Assembly: GCA_019421015.1 (NCBI GenBank)
Contig: JAHZGC010000015.1
Coordinates: 15,795 to 79,794 of the forward strand
DNA from: Coriobacteriaceae bacterium
GTDB taxonomy: Bacteria; Actinomycetota; Coriobacteriia; Coriobacteriales; UMGS124
Reading direction: 5' to 3'
DNA: 64,000 nt
The notes beneath the pieces were generated by a model. That model saw only the letters and a list, made by a program, of their open reading frames with translations, ran no database searches and was not told the origin of the DNA. The position numbers were made by a program, and so were the translations under genes. Below, piece after piece: positions 7,160 to 15,185 of the stretch. Numbering within the stretch: the first letter of the stretch is position 1; each line of letters begins with the position of its first letter.

Positions 7160-9808
7160 CTACTCGATTACGGGTATCACAGGGGGCTGCAGGTAGTCGG
7201 GCTCGAGCGGCTCGCCGTCCCAGGGCTCCACGTTCACGAGCACGGTGTTCGACGCGCACTGCCCCGCGCCCACCAGGATGCCGCCGGTCAGGGTGTTCAC
7301 GTTGCAGCCGCGGTCCACGCCGGTCTGTTCGTCCAGGGCGGTCCAGTTGCCCTGGCCCACCAGGACTACGCCCGGCATCACGCGCGGGGTGGTGCGCACG
7401 CGGCGCAGCGCCTGGCCGTGGTCGTTGGAGAGCAGCGCGGTCTGGCCCGACTCAAGGCCGGCGGCCGCGGCGTCGGCGGGGTTCATGAACAGGTCGTTCG
7501 AGAAGATCTCGTTCAGGCTCTTGACGTTGGGCATGGCCGAGTGGGCCTGGCGCGCCACGTGGATGCCGAGCATCTGGAAGGGGTGCGCGCCCTTCTGCTT
7601 GGCCTTCCAGTCGGCAAAGGTCTCCTCGTAGCCCTCCACGGCCGGCATGTACTTGGGGATGGGATCGATGGGCGTGGTGCCGTAGTTGTCCATGCGCTCT
7701 ACCAGGGCACGCGAGAAGATCTCGAGCTTGCCGGTGGCCGTGTCCACGGGGCACCCCTCGGGGTCGGCCTTGAAGTCGGCCAAGGCGCACCACTCCAGGG
7801 CGTCTCCCTCGCTGCGGGGCACCTGGTAGCCGCCGTTGGCGTGCAGCTCCTCCAGCGGCACGCGGCCGTCGTGGGGCTCGCAGGTCAGACCGTACTTCTC
7901 GATGTCCTCGGCGCTCACCTGGGCCAGCGGCTCCCAGCCCGAGCCGTCGGGGAGCATGACTTGGGCCTCCGCCACGAGCATGGCGGCGTCGGTCTCCTGG
8001 TCGGCCGGGGCCACGATAGCCGGGTCGATGCCCAAACGCTTGGCCAGCTCCACGTCGACCCACCAGTCGGGCTTGGCCTCGAAGCAGGGCTCTACGATCT
8101 TGCTGCCCCATACCACGGTCTCGGCGTTGATGGCGTCGGCGTAGCCGTTATCGCGCTCCCAGGGGGTGGCGATGGGCAGCACGATGTCGGCAAACTGTGC
8201 GTCGGGGCACATCACGAAGTCCGAGACCACCACGAAGTCCACCTTGCCCGGGGCCCGGTAGGCCTCGATGGCCGTGGTCTGGTCCACGTTCTGATTGAAC
8301 TGGCCGCTGGGCCCGATCTTGGCCAGGCACTTGATGTTGACCGTGCGCTCGCCGCGGGTGAAGTCGGTGTGTTTGCCGGTGAGCACAGCCTTCCAGAACT
8401 CGGCGTAGGCGATGCCGTAGTACTGCTCGGGGTCGTAGATGCCGTGCTCCAGCGCCCAGTCGCCGCGCGGCAGCGTGCAACCCACGTTCTCGATCCAGGG
8501 GGTCACGCCGTCGCCCAAGGCCACGAGCGAGCGGCTGCCCACCACGCCCTTGGAGCCGTCGGCGGTGCCTACCTCGGCGCCCGGCTCGCCCACGTTGCCG
8601 GTCATCCAGCCCACGGTGTAGAGCATGTGGGCCGTTTGGGCGCCGTTCCAAGTGCGGCCGATGGCCTGGCCGGCCTTGAGGGTCATGGGCTTCACCGTGG
8701 CCATCTGCTCGGCCAGGCTGCGGATCTGGGCCGGGTCGGTGCCGCAGATCTCGCTGGCCCACTCGGGGGTCTTGGGCACGCCGTCGTTGACGCCCAGGAT
8801 GTAGTCCTTGAAGTTCTCGGAACCATCCTCGCCCTCGGGCATGTGGTCGGCGTCGAAGCCCACGCAGTGGGTGTCCAGGAACTCCTGGTCCTGCCAGCCG
8901 TTCTCGATCATGGTGTAGGCGATGGCGGCCAAAAGCGCGCCGTCGGTGCCGGGGCGCACGGGCACCCATTCGTCGGCCAAGCTCTGGCAGCTGGGGCTGA
9001 ACCACGGGTCGACCACGATCACCTTGGCACCGGCGTCCTTGGCCTGGCGCAGGTAGTGGGTGTTGCTGCCACCCAGCGAGTAGATGGGGTTCAGGCCCCA
9101 CAGCACGATGAGCTTGGCCTTGCGCAGGCTCAGGCGGTCATTGTTGCCCTTGCCGTAGCTGCCGTTCACCGTGTTGCCCACCAGGGCCCAGCCGCCCTGG
9201 GACTGCTGGCCCCAGATGCTCGTGTAGCCGCCCGAGGCGGAGAGGATGCTCACCGGCGCGAGGCTCGGCGAGGCGATCGAGAGGTCGCCGTAGGTGGAGC
9301 GGATGCGCGTGAACTCGCTCGCGATGTAGTCGAGCGCCTCGTCCCACGAGATGCGCTCCCACACGTCGCGGCCGCGCAGGGAGTTGTCGCCCGTACCGCC
9401 CGGCTCCCAGTGCTTGCGCTTCATGGGGTAACGCAGGCGGTCGGTGCCGCATACGAGCTGACGCAGGCTGTGGCCCTTGACGCAGCTGCGCTGCTGGGGA
9501 AAGTCGGGGGTGTCGGGGTGGCTGTCGTCGGTCTTCTGGCGCACCACCAGGCCGTCGACCACGTAGGCCTTGTTGATGCAGCCGCAGTGGCAGGTCATCC
9601 AGCAGCCGGCCGTGCGCCACTCGCCGCCGTCGAGGTCCAGGGCGTCGAGCCGCTCGTCGGTGGCCTTCTCGAGCGCACGGGCCGAAGGCGCGTTCACGAG
9701 CGTGGCCCCTCCCAGGGCCGCCAATCCAGCCACGAAGTTGCGACGGGTCAGATGGGGTACGCCGGAGGCGGTGGTGCTATTGCTTTGCGTGGGTGCCGTA
9801 GGTGCCAT
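7160..9808 (-). CDS. Tat-signal molybdopterin oxidoreductase catalytic subunit, DMSO-reductase family (DmsA-like)
   Basis: ORF 7160..9874, with the start trimmed to ATG 9808 (GAGGAG upstream). Signal LTRRNFVAGLAALGGATLV. N-terminal Cys group GCWMTCHCGC (C-x3-C-x3-C, DmsA type). Large conserved MopB-like body, followed by Fe-S and TorD-like genes. Confidence 0.85.
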   Translation of the reverse strand: MAPTAPTQSNSTTASGVPHLTRRNFVAGLAALGGATLVNAPSARALEKATDERLDALDLDGGEWRTAGCWMTCHCGCINKAYVVDGLVVRQKTDDSHPDTPDFPQQRSCVKGHSLRQLVCGTDRLRYPMKRKHWEPGGTGDNSLRGRDVWERISWDEALDYIASEFTRIRSTYGDLSIASPSLAPVSILSASGGYTSIWGQQSQGGWALVGNTVNGSYGKGNNDRLSLRKAKLIVLWGLNPIYSLGGSNTHYLRQAKDAGAKVIVVDPWFSPSCQSLADEWVPVRPGTDGALLAAIAYTMIENGWQDQEFLDTHCVGFDADHMPEGEDGSENFKDYILGVNDGVPKTPEWASEICGTDPAQIRSLAEQMATVKPMTLKAGQAIGRTWNGAQTAHMLYTVGWMTGNVGEPGAEVGTADGSKGVVGSRSLVALGDGVTPWIENVGCTLPRGDWALEHGIYDPEQYYGIAYAEFWKAVLTGKHTDFTRGERTVNIKCLAKIGPSGQFNQNVDQTTAIEAYRAPGKVDFVVVSDFVMCPDAQFADIVLPIATPWERDNGYADAINAETVVWGSKIVEPCFEAKPDWWVDVELAKRLGIDPAIVAPADQETDAAMLVAEAQVMLPDGSGWEPLAQVSAEDIEKYGLTCEPHDGRVPLEELHANGGYQVPRSEGDALEWCALADFKADPEGCPVDTATGKLEIFSRALVERMDNYGTTPIDPIPKYMPAVEGYEETFADWKAKQKGAHPFQMLGIHVARQAHSAMPNVKSLNEIFSNDLFMNPADAAAAGLESGQTALLSNDHGQALRRVRTTPRVMPGVVLVGQGNWTALDEQTGVDRGCNVNTLTGGILVGAGQCASNTVLVNVEPWDGEPLEPDYLQPPVIPVIE

Positions 9809-9913
9809 GGGTCTCCTCTTCCTCTTGTTGCCGTTGGTTCGCTCTTGCTGCGATCCGGTGCCCACAATAGGCAAGGGCGTCCGGCGGCGAATCAGCGACG
9901 GGAGGTGGAGGTG

Positions 9914-9962
9914 GCTTATTTGCTACTTACGGGCGTGTAAGCGTCTGTTTATGCAGGTAGAT
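9914..9962 (-). promoter_or_regulatory. Candidate promoter/operator box upstream of the 7160-9808 operon (site 2)
   Basis: GCTTATTTGC-N14-TAAGCGTCT-N4-ATGCAGGTAGAT, matching site 1 (3677-3724) block for block. The ATGCAGGTAGAT block starts 143 nt upstream of the ATG. Confidence 0.4.
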
Positions 9963-10059
9963 TGTGGTGTTGAGAGAGGCGTTCAGATTGTGGGCTCCTA
10001 GCCGGCGCGCGCATGGCCGGCGTGTGGGCTAGGCGCCCTCTCCCGTAGGCCTCCTCCCA

Positions 10060-10283
10060 TGGACGAAATCGGAGGAATGCGACTTTGCAGGGGGTGCGCG
10101 TGGACGAGATCGGAGGAATGCGACGCGGTTTTGGGAGTCTGCCGGCGGATCGCGGATAAGCTCTCCCCTTTTACCAGGGGAGATACCCGCATCACCAATC
10201 GTGCTACCGACAAACCACGTCGCAAACTTCCTATCTCGTCCACTGCTGTCCTGCCAAAAGTCGCAAACCTCCGGTTTCAGCCA
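10060..10283. repeat. Symmetric four-unit array (2 direct + 2 inverted 24-bp units)
   Basis: Units: TGGACGAAATCGGAGGAATGCGAC (10060-10083), TGGACGAGATCGGAGGAATGCGAC (10101-10124), and the inverted copies 10219-10242 and 10260-10283. Spacing is 41 bp in both arms. Outer and inner pairs share one dyad centre (10171.5), which falls in the hairpin TCTCCCC..GGGGAGA. Confidence 0.7.
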
Positions 10284-10382
10284 GCATCGATCCCGACCCG
10301 TCTCTTTGGACCACCCACGACGTGTCTGCTGGCCCTCGGTCCACATTCTTGGCTACGGGGCGGCGGTTTATCGCGGCGTTCG

Positions 10383-11510
10383 TTACTTCTGGGCGGTAGG
10401 CGGCTCGGCACTCAGGATGAGCTTGACCTGGTCTTTGTCGAGTTCGTAGTTGAAGTACTCCTTGTAGAAGTCCTCAACCGCCTGCTCCTCGTCGAAGTCC
10501 TTGAAGAGGTCGGGGTGGATGACGGCGGCCGCCCACTGGACCTGCAGCAGGAGCTCGGCCCCGGGTTCGCCCCAGGGGGAGGCACCGGCAGGGTTGGTGT
10601 AGACATGCTTGTTCTTAACGGCTTTGGTCTGGGCCCATTCCTTGGAGTCCATGATGGCCTGTGCCTCGCCGGGGGTTGCCGTGAGGATGTAGTCGGGGTT
10701 GAGGGCGGCCAGATCCTCGACGGCGCACGGGGCGTCGGCGGTCCCTGAGCCGCCGGTGTTGGCGTTTGCAGCCCCGGCTGCGCTCAGCCATTCATCGGCG
10801 ATCGTGCCCGCGCCTGCGACGACGCCGGTTGCCACCGAAGGCCCGTAGAGCACGGTCGGGCGGTCCGACTCGTCCACGGTATCGGTCTGCTGCTTTATGG
10901 CGTCAAGCATCTTGGTGAGGGCGTCGGTGTATTTTTGGGCGTTCACCTGAGCCCCTTTGCCGATGATCTGGGCGCTGAGCTCGATGGACTGAGCCATCTG
11001 GTCAAACGTGGCGAAGGAGCAGTCGACCAGGGGGATACCCTGCTCCTCCAAGGCCTTGCGCAGCGCGTCTCCCTTTGCAAAGGCCAGCTGGGGCCCTTGG
11101 TCGGCCACGGAGGCGGCTTCGGCGCTCGCATCCTGGTGAGCGGGGATCGTGGCGGCGTTCTTCATGTTGGGGCACATCTCGTACATCCAAGGGTGGGTGT
11201 CGCGGCTCACGGGGGTGGCCACCAGGCCTTTGGCACCGTCGAGCACGATGTCTATGGAGGCATGGTCGGCCCAGGTGTCGGCGTAGGAGCTTACGGCGTC
11301 GGGCAGCTCCACGGCGGTTCCTCCCATGTCGGTGACGCTGGTGGGCGTGGCGTCGCCGACCTGTCCCTCGGTTGCATCCGCAAGGGCTGCGTGCGGGCGG
11401 GCGGAGGCGACGACGGCGGCCAGGCAGATGCAGCCGCTTGCGGTTATGAATCCGCGGCGCGTTGTTAGGGATTGGGCGGCCAGTGAAGTGGTGTGGTCGG
11501 ACGTGCTCAT
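10383..11510 (-). CDS. Orphan solute-binding protein (ABC-type periplasmic binding fold, siderophore/cobalamin-like class) with a Tat-like signal
   Basis: The C-terminal part of ORF 10383..12197, with the start set at ATG 11510. The N-terminus is MSTSDHTTSLAAQSLTTRRGFITASGCICLAAVVASA. The body has SBP-like features (DRPTVLYG, LNPDYILTAT, KNKHVYTNP). No permease or ATPase gene is nearby. Confidence 0.6.
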   Translation of the reverse strand: MSTSDHTTSLAAQSLTTRRGFITASGCICLAAVVASARPHAALADATEGQVGDATPTSVTDMGGTAVELPDAVSSYADTWADHASIDIVLDGAKGLVATPVSRDTHPWMYEMCPNMKNAATIPAHQDASAEAASVADQGPQLAFAKGDALRKALEEQGIPLVDCSFATFDQMAQSIELSAQIIGKGAQVNAQKYTDALTKMLDAIKQQTDTVDESDRPTVLYGPSVATGVVAGAGTIADEWLSAAGAANANTGGSGTADAPCAVEDLAALNPDYILTATPGEAQAIMDSKEWAQTKAVKNKHVYTNPAGASPWGEPGAELLLQVQWAAAVIHPDLFKDFDEEQAVEDFYKEYFNYELDKDQVKLILSAEPPTAQK

Positions 11511-11713
11511 GATGGGTCCTCTCTGAATAAGGCCGTGGGCGCCTACGGTGGTTCGAGGCCGTGCCGAGCGCCGTGCCGTGGGCAGTGCCTGAGGGAGGTG
11601 TACCCAGCGTGCGGCCCCAGTTTGCCCGTGGGCGAGAGCTACAAAAAAGAGGGGCCGAAAGCCCACGACGGCTTTCGGCCCCCAACCAGATGCCTGTTTC
11701 GCAACGTGCTTAG

Positions 11714-12244
11714 TTACGACACGAACGTCGCGGGCATGGTCTCGCCCTCCAGGCGTGCCCCGCCCTTCTCGGCCGCCAGGGCCTCCATCTCCTCGATCGG
11801 GCCGAAGTGCAGGGCCTTGGTGGGGCAGGTGGCCACGCAGTGGGGCTCGTCCTCGGGGGTCTTGCCGCAGGAGGCGCACCCGTCGCACTTGTCCATCTTG
11901 CCGTCCTCGGGGCGGTACTGGGGGATCCCGAAGGGGCACACGGAGGCGCAGGTCTGGCACCCGATGCAGGCCTGCTGGTCCACCACGACCAGGCCGTCCT
12001 CCTCGCGCTTCGTGATGGCCCCGACGGGGCAGTTCTCCACGCACGCCGGCCTCTCGCAGTGGTTGCAGGCCTGGGAGGTGAACACGCGGTTCGCGTCGGG
12101 GAACTCGCCGACCCACTCCTCGGCCACGGTCCTGCGGGCCACGGTGCCCGCGGGTATCTGGTTCCACTGCTTGCAGGCCACCTGGCAGGCCCAGCACTTG
12201 ATGCAGCGGCTGGTGTCCACGTAGAAACCGTACTGTTCGCTCAT
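11714..12244 (-). CDS. 4Fe-4S ferredoxin-type subunit of the 12384-14789 molybdoenzyme
   Basis: ORF 11714..12379, with the start trimmed to ATG 12244 (GGGAGAGG upstream). MSEQYGFYVDTSRCIKCWACQVAC, CNHCERPACVENCP, CIGCQTCASVCP, CDGCASC. Confidence 0.85.
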   Translation of the reverse strand: MSEQYGFYVDTSRCIKCWACQVACKQWNQIPAGTVARRTVAEEWVGEFPDANRVFTSQACNHCERPACVENCPVGAITKREEDGLVVVDQQACIGCQTCASVCPFGIPQYRPEDGKMDKCDGCASCGKTPEDEPHCVATCPTKALHFGPIEEMEALAAEKGGARLEGETMPATFVS

Positions 12245-12292
12245 GATGGGGTACCTCTCCCTCTCTCTTGCGGGGGTTCGCCGTTTTCCAAG

Positions 12293-12377
12293 GGGAACCG
12301 TCTCTCGCAAGGCGTCGGGAGGCGATGCGTACTGGTGGTACGTGAGCCTCCCGGGAACGCGGCGAGAGACGGTTCCC
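12293..12377. repeat. Nested-hairpin repeat, family 1, copy A (between the catalytic and Fe-S subunit genes)
   Basis: Perfect 16-bp outer stem GGGAACCGTCTCTCGC / GCGAGAGACGGTTCCC. Inner stem TCGGGAGG/CCTCCCGG around the conserved core GATGCGTAC-TGGT-GGTACGTGAG. Related copies at 25887-25964 and 47151-47222. Confidence 0.75.
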
Positions 12378-12383
12378 AACTCG

Positions 12384-14789
12384 CTACGCCGGGATCTCGG
12401 ACTCGTCGAGCTTGCTGATCTTGACGAGCGTCTGCTTGGCCATGGCGGAGTGGAAGCGGTCGAACTTCTCGATCGTCGAGTCGTAGAGCACGTTGACCTC
12501 GCTGCCGCCGTCGGTGCAGCCGTAGCCGGGCAGGCCCAGCTCCTCGCAGCTCTGCCACCAGCCGCGGCGGCTCATGAGCACGTCGGGCGGAATGGTGGGC
12601 AGTACGCGTGCCACGAGCTTGACCCAGCCGTGCAGGCTCTCGACGCGGCACCAGTCGCCGTCCTCGATGCCGTACTGGGCGGCCGTGGCCGGGTTGATCT
12701 TGAACCAGGGCTCGGGCTGCATCTCGCGCAGGTAAGGGATGTTCACATAACAGCTGTGGTTGGCCAGGCGGTAGGCGTGGACGTCCGAGAACACCAGCGG
12801 GTATTCGTCCACCAGCTCGGGGGTCTCGGCGATGCCCTCGGGCGGACCCTGGTAGATGGGCAGGTAGGGAAGCACGTCGAGCTCAAGGTTGTCGAGCTTG
12901 CCGCCCATGTACTCGTTGTAGCACTGCACCTTGCCGTTGGGGAGCTTCTCAAAGAGCTCCGCGTAGCGCCGGTACTCGGGCTCGGTGGGCTCGGCGCCGT
13001 CGGTGCGCTCCACGAAGATGGAGCCCTTCTCGCGCAGCTCGTCGAGGTCGATGCCGGTGCCGTCGAGCTGCTCGCGCAGGCAGGCGTCCATGTCGCCGCC
13101 CCAGAAGTCGTCGCCGTAGCCCATGGCCACGGCCAGGTCAAGGTAGAAGTCCCAGTCGCTCTTGCCCTCGCCGATGGGGTCCACGACGACCTGGTTCATG
13201 CCGATCCAGGTGCCGGCCTTGGAGTTCTTGGTGGCGAACTGCTGGCTCGTCTCGTAGTTGGTGAGTGCCGGCAGCACGATGTCGGCGTAGTCGCACGAGG
13301 GGTTCCACGCGGTGTCGACCACCACGTAGTAGTCGAGCGCCTTGAGGCACTCGATGATCTCTTTGGGCTGGCGCGTGGCCGAGAGCGGGTTGGAGTTCTG
13401 GCCGATGACGCAGCGCAGCGGGTAGGGCTCGCCGGTCAGGATGCTCTTGAACGCCTTGTGGTAGGCGCTGGTGGGGCCGGGGCCGCCGCCAAAGGTGTAG
13501 GAGTTCTGGTACCAGCGGGGGAACTCGTTGGCCACGAGCTTGCTCATGCCGGCAGCGTAGCCCTTCTCGACGTCCTCGTCGGTGGCCTCGAGGCGCTCGG
13601 TGAGCATCGAGACGGGGTTGGTCTTGAAGAGGGGAGCGGGAGCCACCTTACCGGCGCCGCCGCCGCCCGGGATGTCGAGGTTGCCGGTGATGGCCTCGAT
13701 GAGGCAGATGCAGATGCAGGCCCAGTTGCCGTCGTTGGCCTGGTCGCCGATGCCGTTGCCGTAGAGGATGCCCATGGGCTTGGTGGTGCCCATCTTGCGG
13801 GCCACCTCAAAGATCTGCTCCTCGGGGATGCCGGTTATGGGAGAAGCCCACGAGGGCGGGAACTGCTTCACGTGCTCGGCCAGCTGGTCAAAGCCGTTGC
13901 ACCAGTTCTCGGTGAAGTCGTGGTCGTAGAGGTCCTCCTCGCAGATCACGTTAAGCACCGCAAGGGCCAGCGCCAGGTCGGTGCCGGGGCGCACGGGCAC
14001 CCAGATGTCGGCCTTGGAGCCGATGCCCTCGCGCATGGGGCGGATGTCGATGAGCTCCATGCCGCGGTCCAGGGCGTCCATGATGGCCTTGGGCTTGCCG
14101 CGGTTGATCTCGGAGTTCTCGGGGTTGGCGCCCCAGATCACCAGGAGCTCGGTCTTGTCGAGCTGGGCGGGGTAGGTGTCGGCCGGTTTGCCGATGCTGA
14201 TCACGCGGCTGGCGGCGCGCTGCATGGCGCAGATGGCGCTGTGCATGTAGTTGGGGCTGCCGTGCACGTTCAAGAAGCGACGGCCGAGCGTCTGGATAAC
14301 GGCCCACGCCTGGGGCGAGAGGATGCCCAGGCTCTCGGGGCCGTAGAGCTCCTTCTGCTCGAGCAGCTTGGCCGCGATCTCCTCGATGGCCTCGTCCCAG
14401 GTGATGCGCTCGAACTTGCCCTCGCCCTTCTCGCCCACGCGCTTCATGGGGTAGAGCAGGCGGTCGGCCGCGTAGGGCACCTGCATGGCCGAGTTGCCCT
14501 TGGCGCACAGCGAGCGGCTGCCGCGGCCCCAGTTGTTGCCGGCCTCGGGGTTGCCCTCGACGTTGGCGAAGCGGCCGTCCTTGAGGTGGCACAGCGTGGA
14601 GCAGTACGTGCAGGCGGGGCCGCACATCTGGCAGAACGCGTGGCGCACCTCGTCAGAGCCCTCGGAGCCTTCCAAGGCCTGGGCTGGACGCTCCTCGAGC
14701 CAGGTTGTGCCCCCTGTCGCCGCGAGCGCGCCGAGCGCGGCGCCGGCGGCCAAAAAGCCACGGCGGCTGAGGTTGCTCGTCATGTTCAT
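12384..14789 (-). CDS. Tat-signal molybdopterin oxidoreductase catalytic subunit (DMSO-reductase superfamily, Psr/Phs/acetylene-hydratase-like size class)
   Basis: MNMTSNLSRRGFLAAGAALGALAATGG twin-arginine signal. N-terminal Fe-S motif CQMCGPAC...C. 801 aa MopB-like protein. Substrate cannot be assigned from sequence alone. Confidence 0.85.
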   Translation of the reverse strand: MNMTSNLSRRGFLAAGAALGALAATGGTTWLEERPAQALEGSEGSDEVRHAFCQMCGPACTYCSTLCHLKDGRFANVEGNPEAGNNWGRGSRSLCAKGNSAMQVPYAADRLLYPMKRVGEKGEGKFERITWDEAIEEIAAKLLEQKELYGPESLGILSPQAWAVIQTLGRRFLNVHGSPNYMHSAICAMQRAASRVISIGKPADTYPAQLDKTELLVIWGANPENSEINRGKPKAIMDALDRGMELIDIRPMREGIGSKADIWVPVRPGTDLALALAVLNVICEEDLYDHDFTENWCNGFDQLAEHVKQFPPSWASPITGIPEEQIFEVARKMGTTKPMGILYGNGIGDQANDGNWACICICLIEAITGNLDIPGGGGAGKVAPAPLFKTNPVSMLTERLEATDEDVEKGYAAGMSKLVANEFPRWYQNSYTFGGGPGPTSAYHKAFKSILTGEPYPLRCVIGQNSNPLSATRQPKEIIECLKALDYYVVVDTAWNPSCDYADIVLPALTNYETSQQFATKNSKAGTWIGMNQVVVDPIGEGKSDWDFYLDLAVAMGYGDDFWGGDMDACLREQLDGTGIDLDELREKGSIFVERTDGAEPTEPEYRRYAELFEKLPNGKVQCYNEYMGGKLDNLELDVLPYLPIYQGPPEGIAETPELVDEYPLVFSDVHAYRLANHSCYVNIPYLREMQPEPWFKINPATAAQYGIEDGDWCRVESLHGWVKLVARVLPTIPPDVLMSRRGWWQSCEELGLPGYGCTDGGSEVNVLYDSTIEKFDRFHSAMAKQTLVKISKLDESEIPA

Positions 14790-14981
14790 GGGTGTCTCCT
14801 TCCCTTCCTCCTCCTGTGGGCTCCCGACGCACGCCGACGCTCGAACGTCGAGGCGGGTCGGGGGTGCAGACGCGGCTCCGAACCGCGTCGGCCTGTGGAC
14901 CGATCCTAGCGATGGCCTGCACCAAGGTCATGCCATGGTCGATGGGAGGAACCCAGGACTGTCTCCCATCTTTTGGGGGAG

Positions 14982-15004
14982 AAACGCTTTAATCGCAGGT
15001 AGAC
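14982..15004 (-). promoter_or_regulatory. Candidate promoter/operator box upstream of the 12384-14789 operon (site 3)
   Basis: AAACGCTTTAATCGCAGGTAGAC. In gene sense this is GTCTACCTGCGATTAAAGCGTTT, about 200 nt upstream of the ATG. It shares TCTACCTGC and an AGCGTTT/AGACGCTTA-like block with sites 1 and 2. Confidence 0.35.
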
Positions 15005-15185
15005 GGCTTGTTGCTTGAGTTCGGAGCGGTTTGGAAAAGCTTCAAGGGTGCCTATCCCCCATGCTCCGCCTTGACACGCGGGCCCGCACGCAGCGACCCG
15101 GCGCGTCCTGTGGCGACGCCTCTGCGTTTTGCTATAGAATGGCCGTGCCGGTCCCGGGGGACGGGATGGGCGGGGGAGGAAGATT

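Noticed and set aside
7189-7195. GCAGGTA heptamer treated as a motif in its own right
   Set aside because: The bare 7-mer also occurs inside coding sequence (for example here, at about 223 and at about 12728), and several chance copies are expected in 64 kb. Only the extended, positionally consistent versions are reported.
9809-9913. Molybdenum-cofactor riboswitch in the long leaders of the molybdoenzyme operons
   Set aside because: I looked for the conserved Moco-motif elements in the 140-240 nt leaders of the three operons and could not recognise them. Without a covariance-model search the claim cannot be supported.
7148-9940. 930-aa plus-strand ORF
   Set aside because: A shadow ORF antisense to the DmsA-like gene. 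The translation is low-complexity (G/A/V/H/L-rich) with no motifs, whereas the opposite strand has a clear Tat signal and molybdopterin-enzyme features. Typical of G+C-rich DNA.
10060-10124. Possible CRISPR array, suggested by the spaced direct repeats
   Set aside because: There are only two direct copies, followed by two inverted copies in a strictly palindromic layout. No further repeats and no cas genes are present. It is reported instead as a symmetric repeat array.
12243-14909. 888-aa plus-strand ORF
   Set aside because: Antisense shadow of the 12384-14789 molybdoenzyme gene. The composition is repetitive Ala/Gly/Val/Leu with no recognisable domain.
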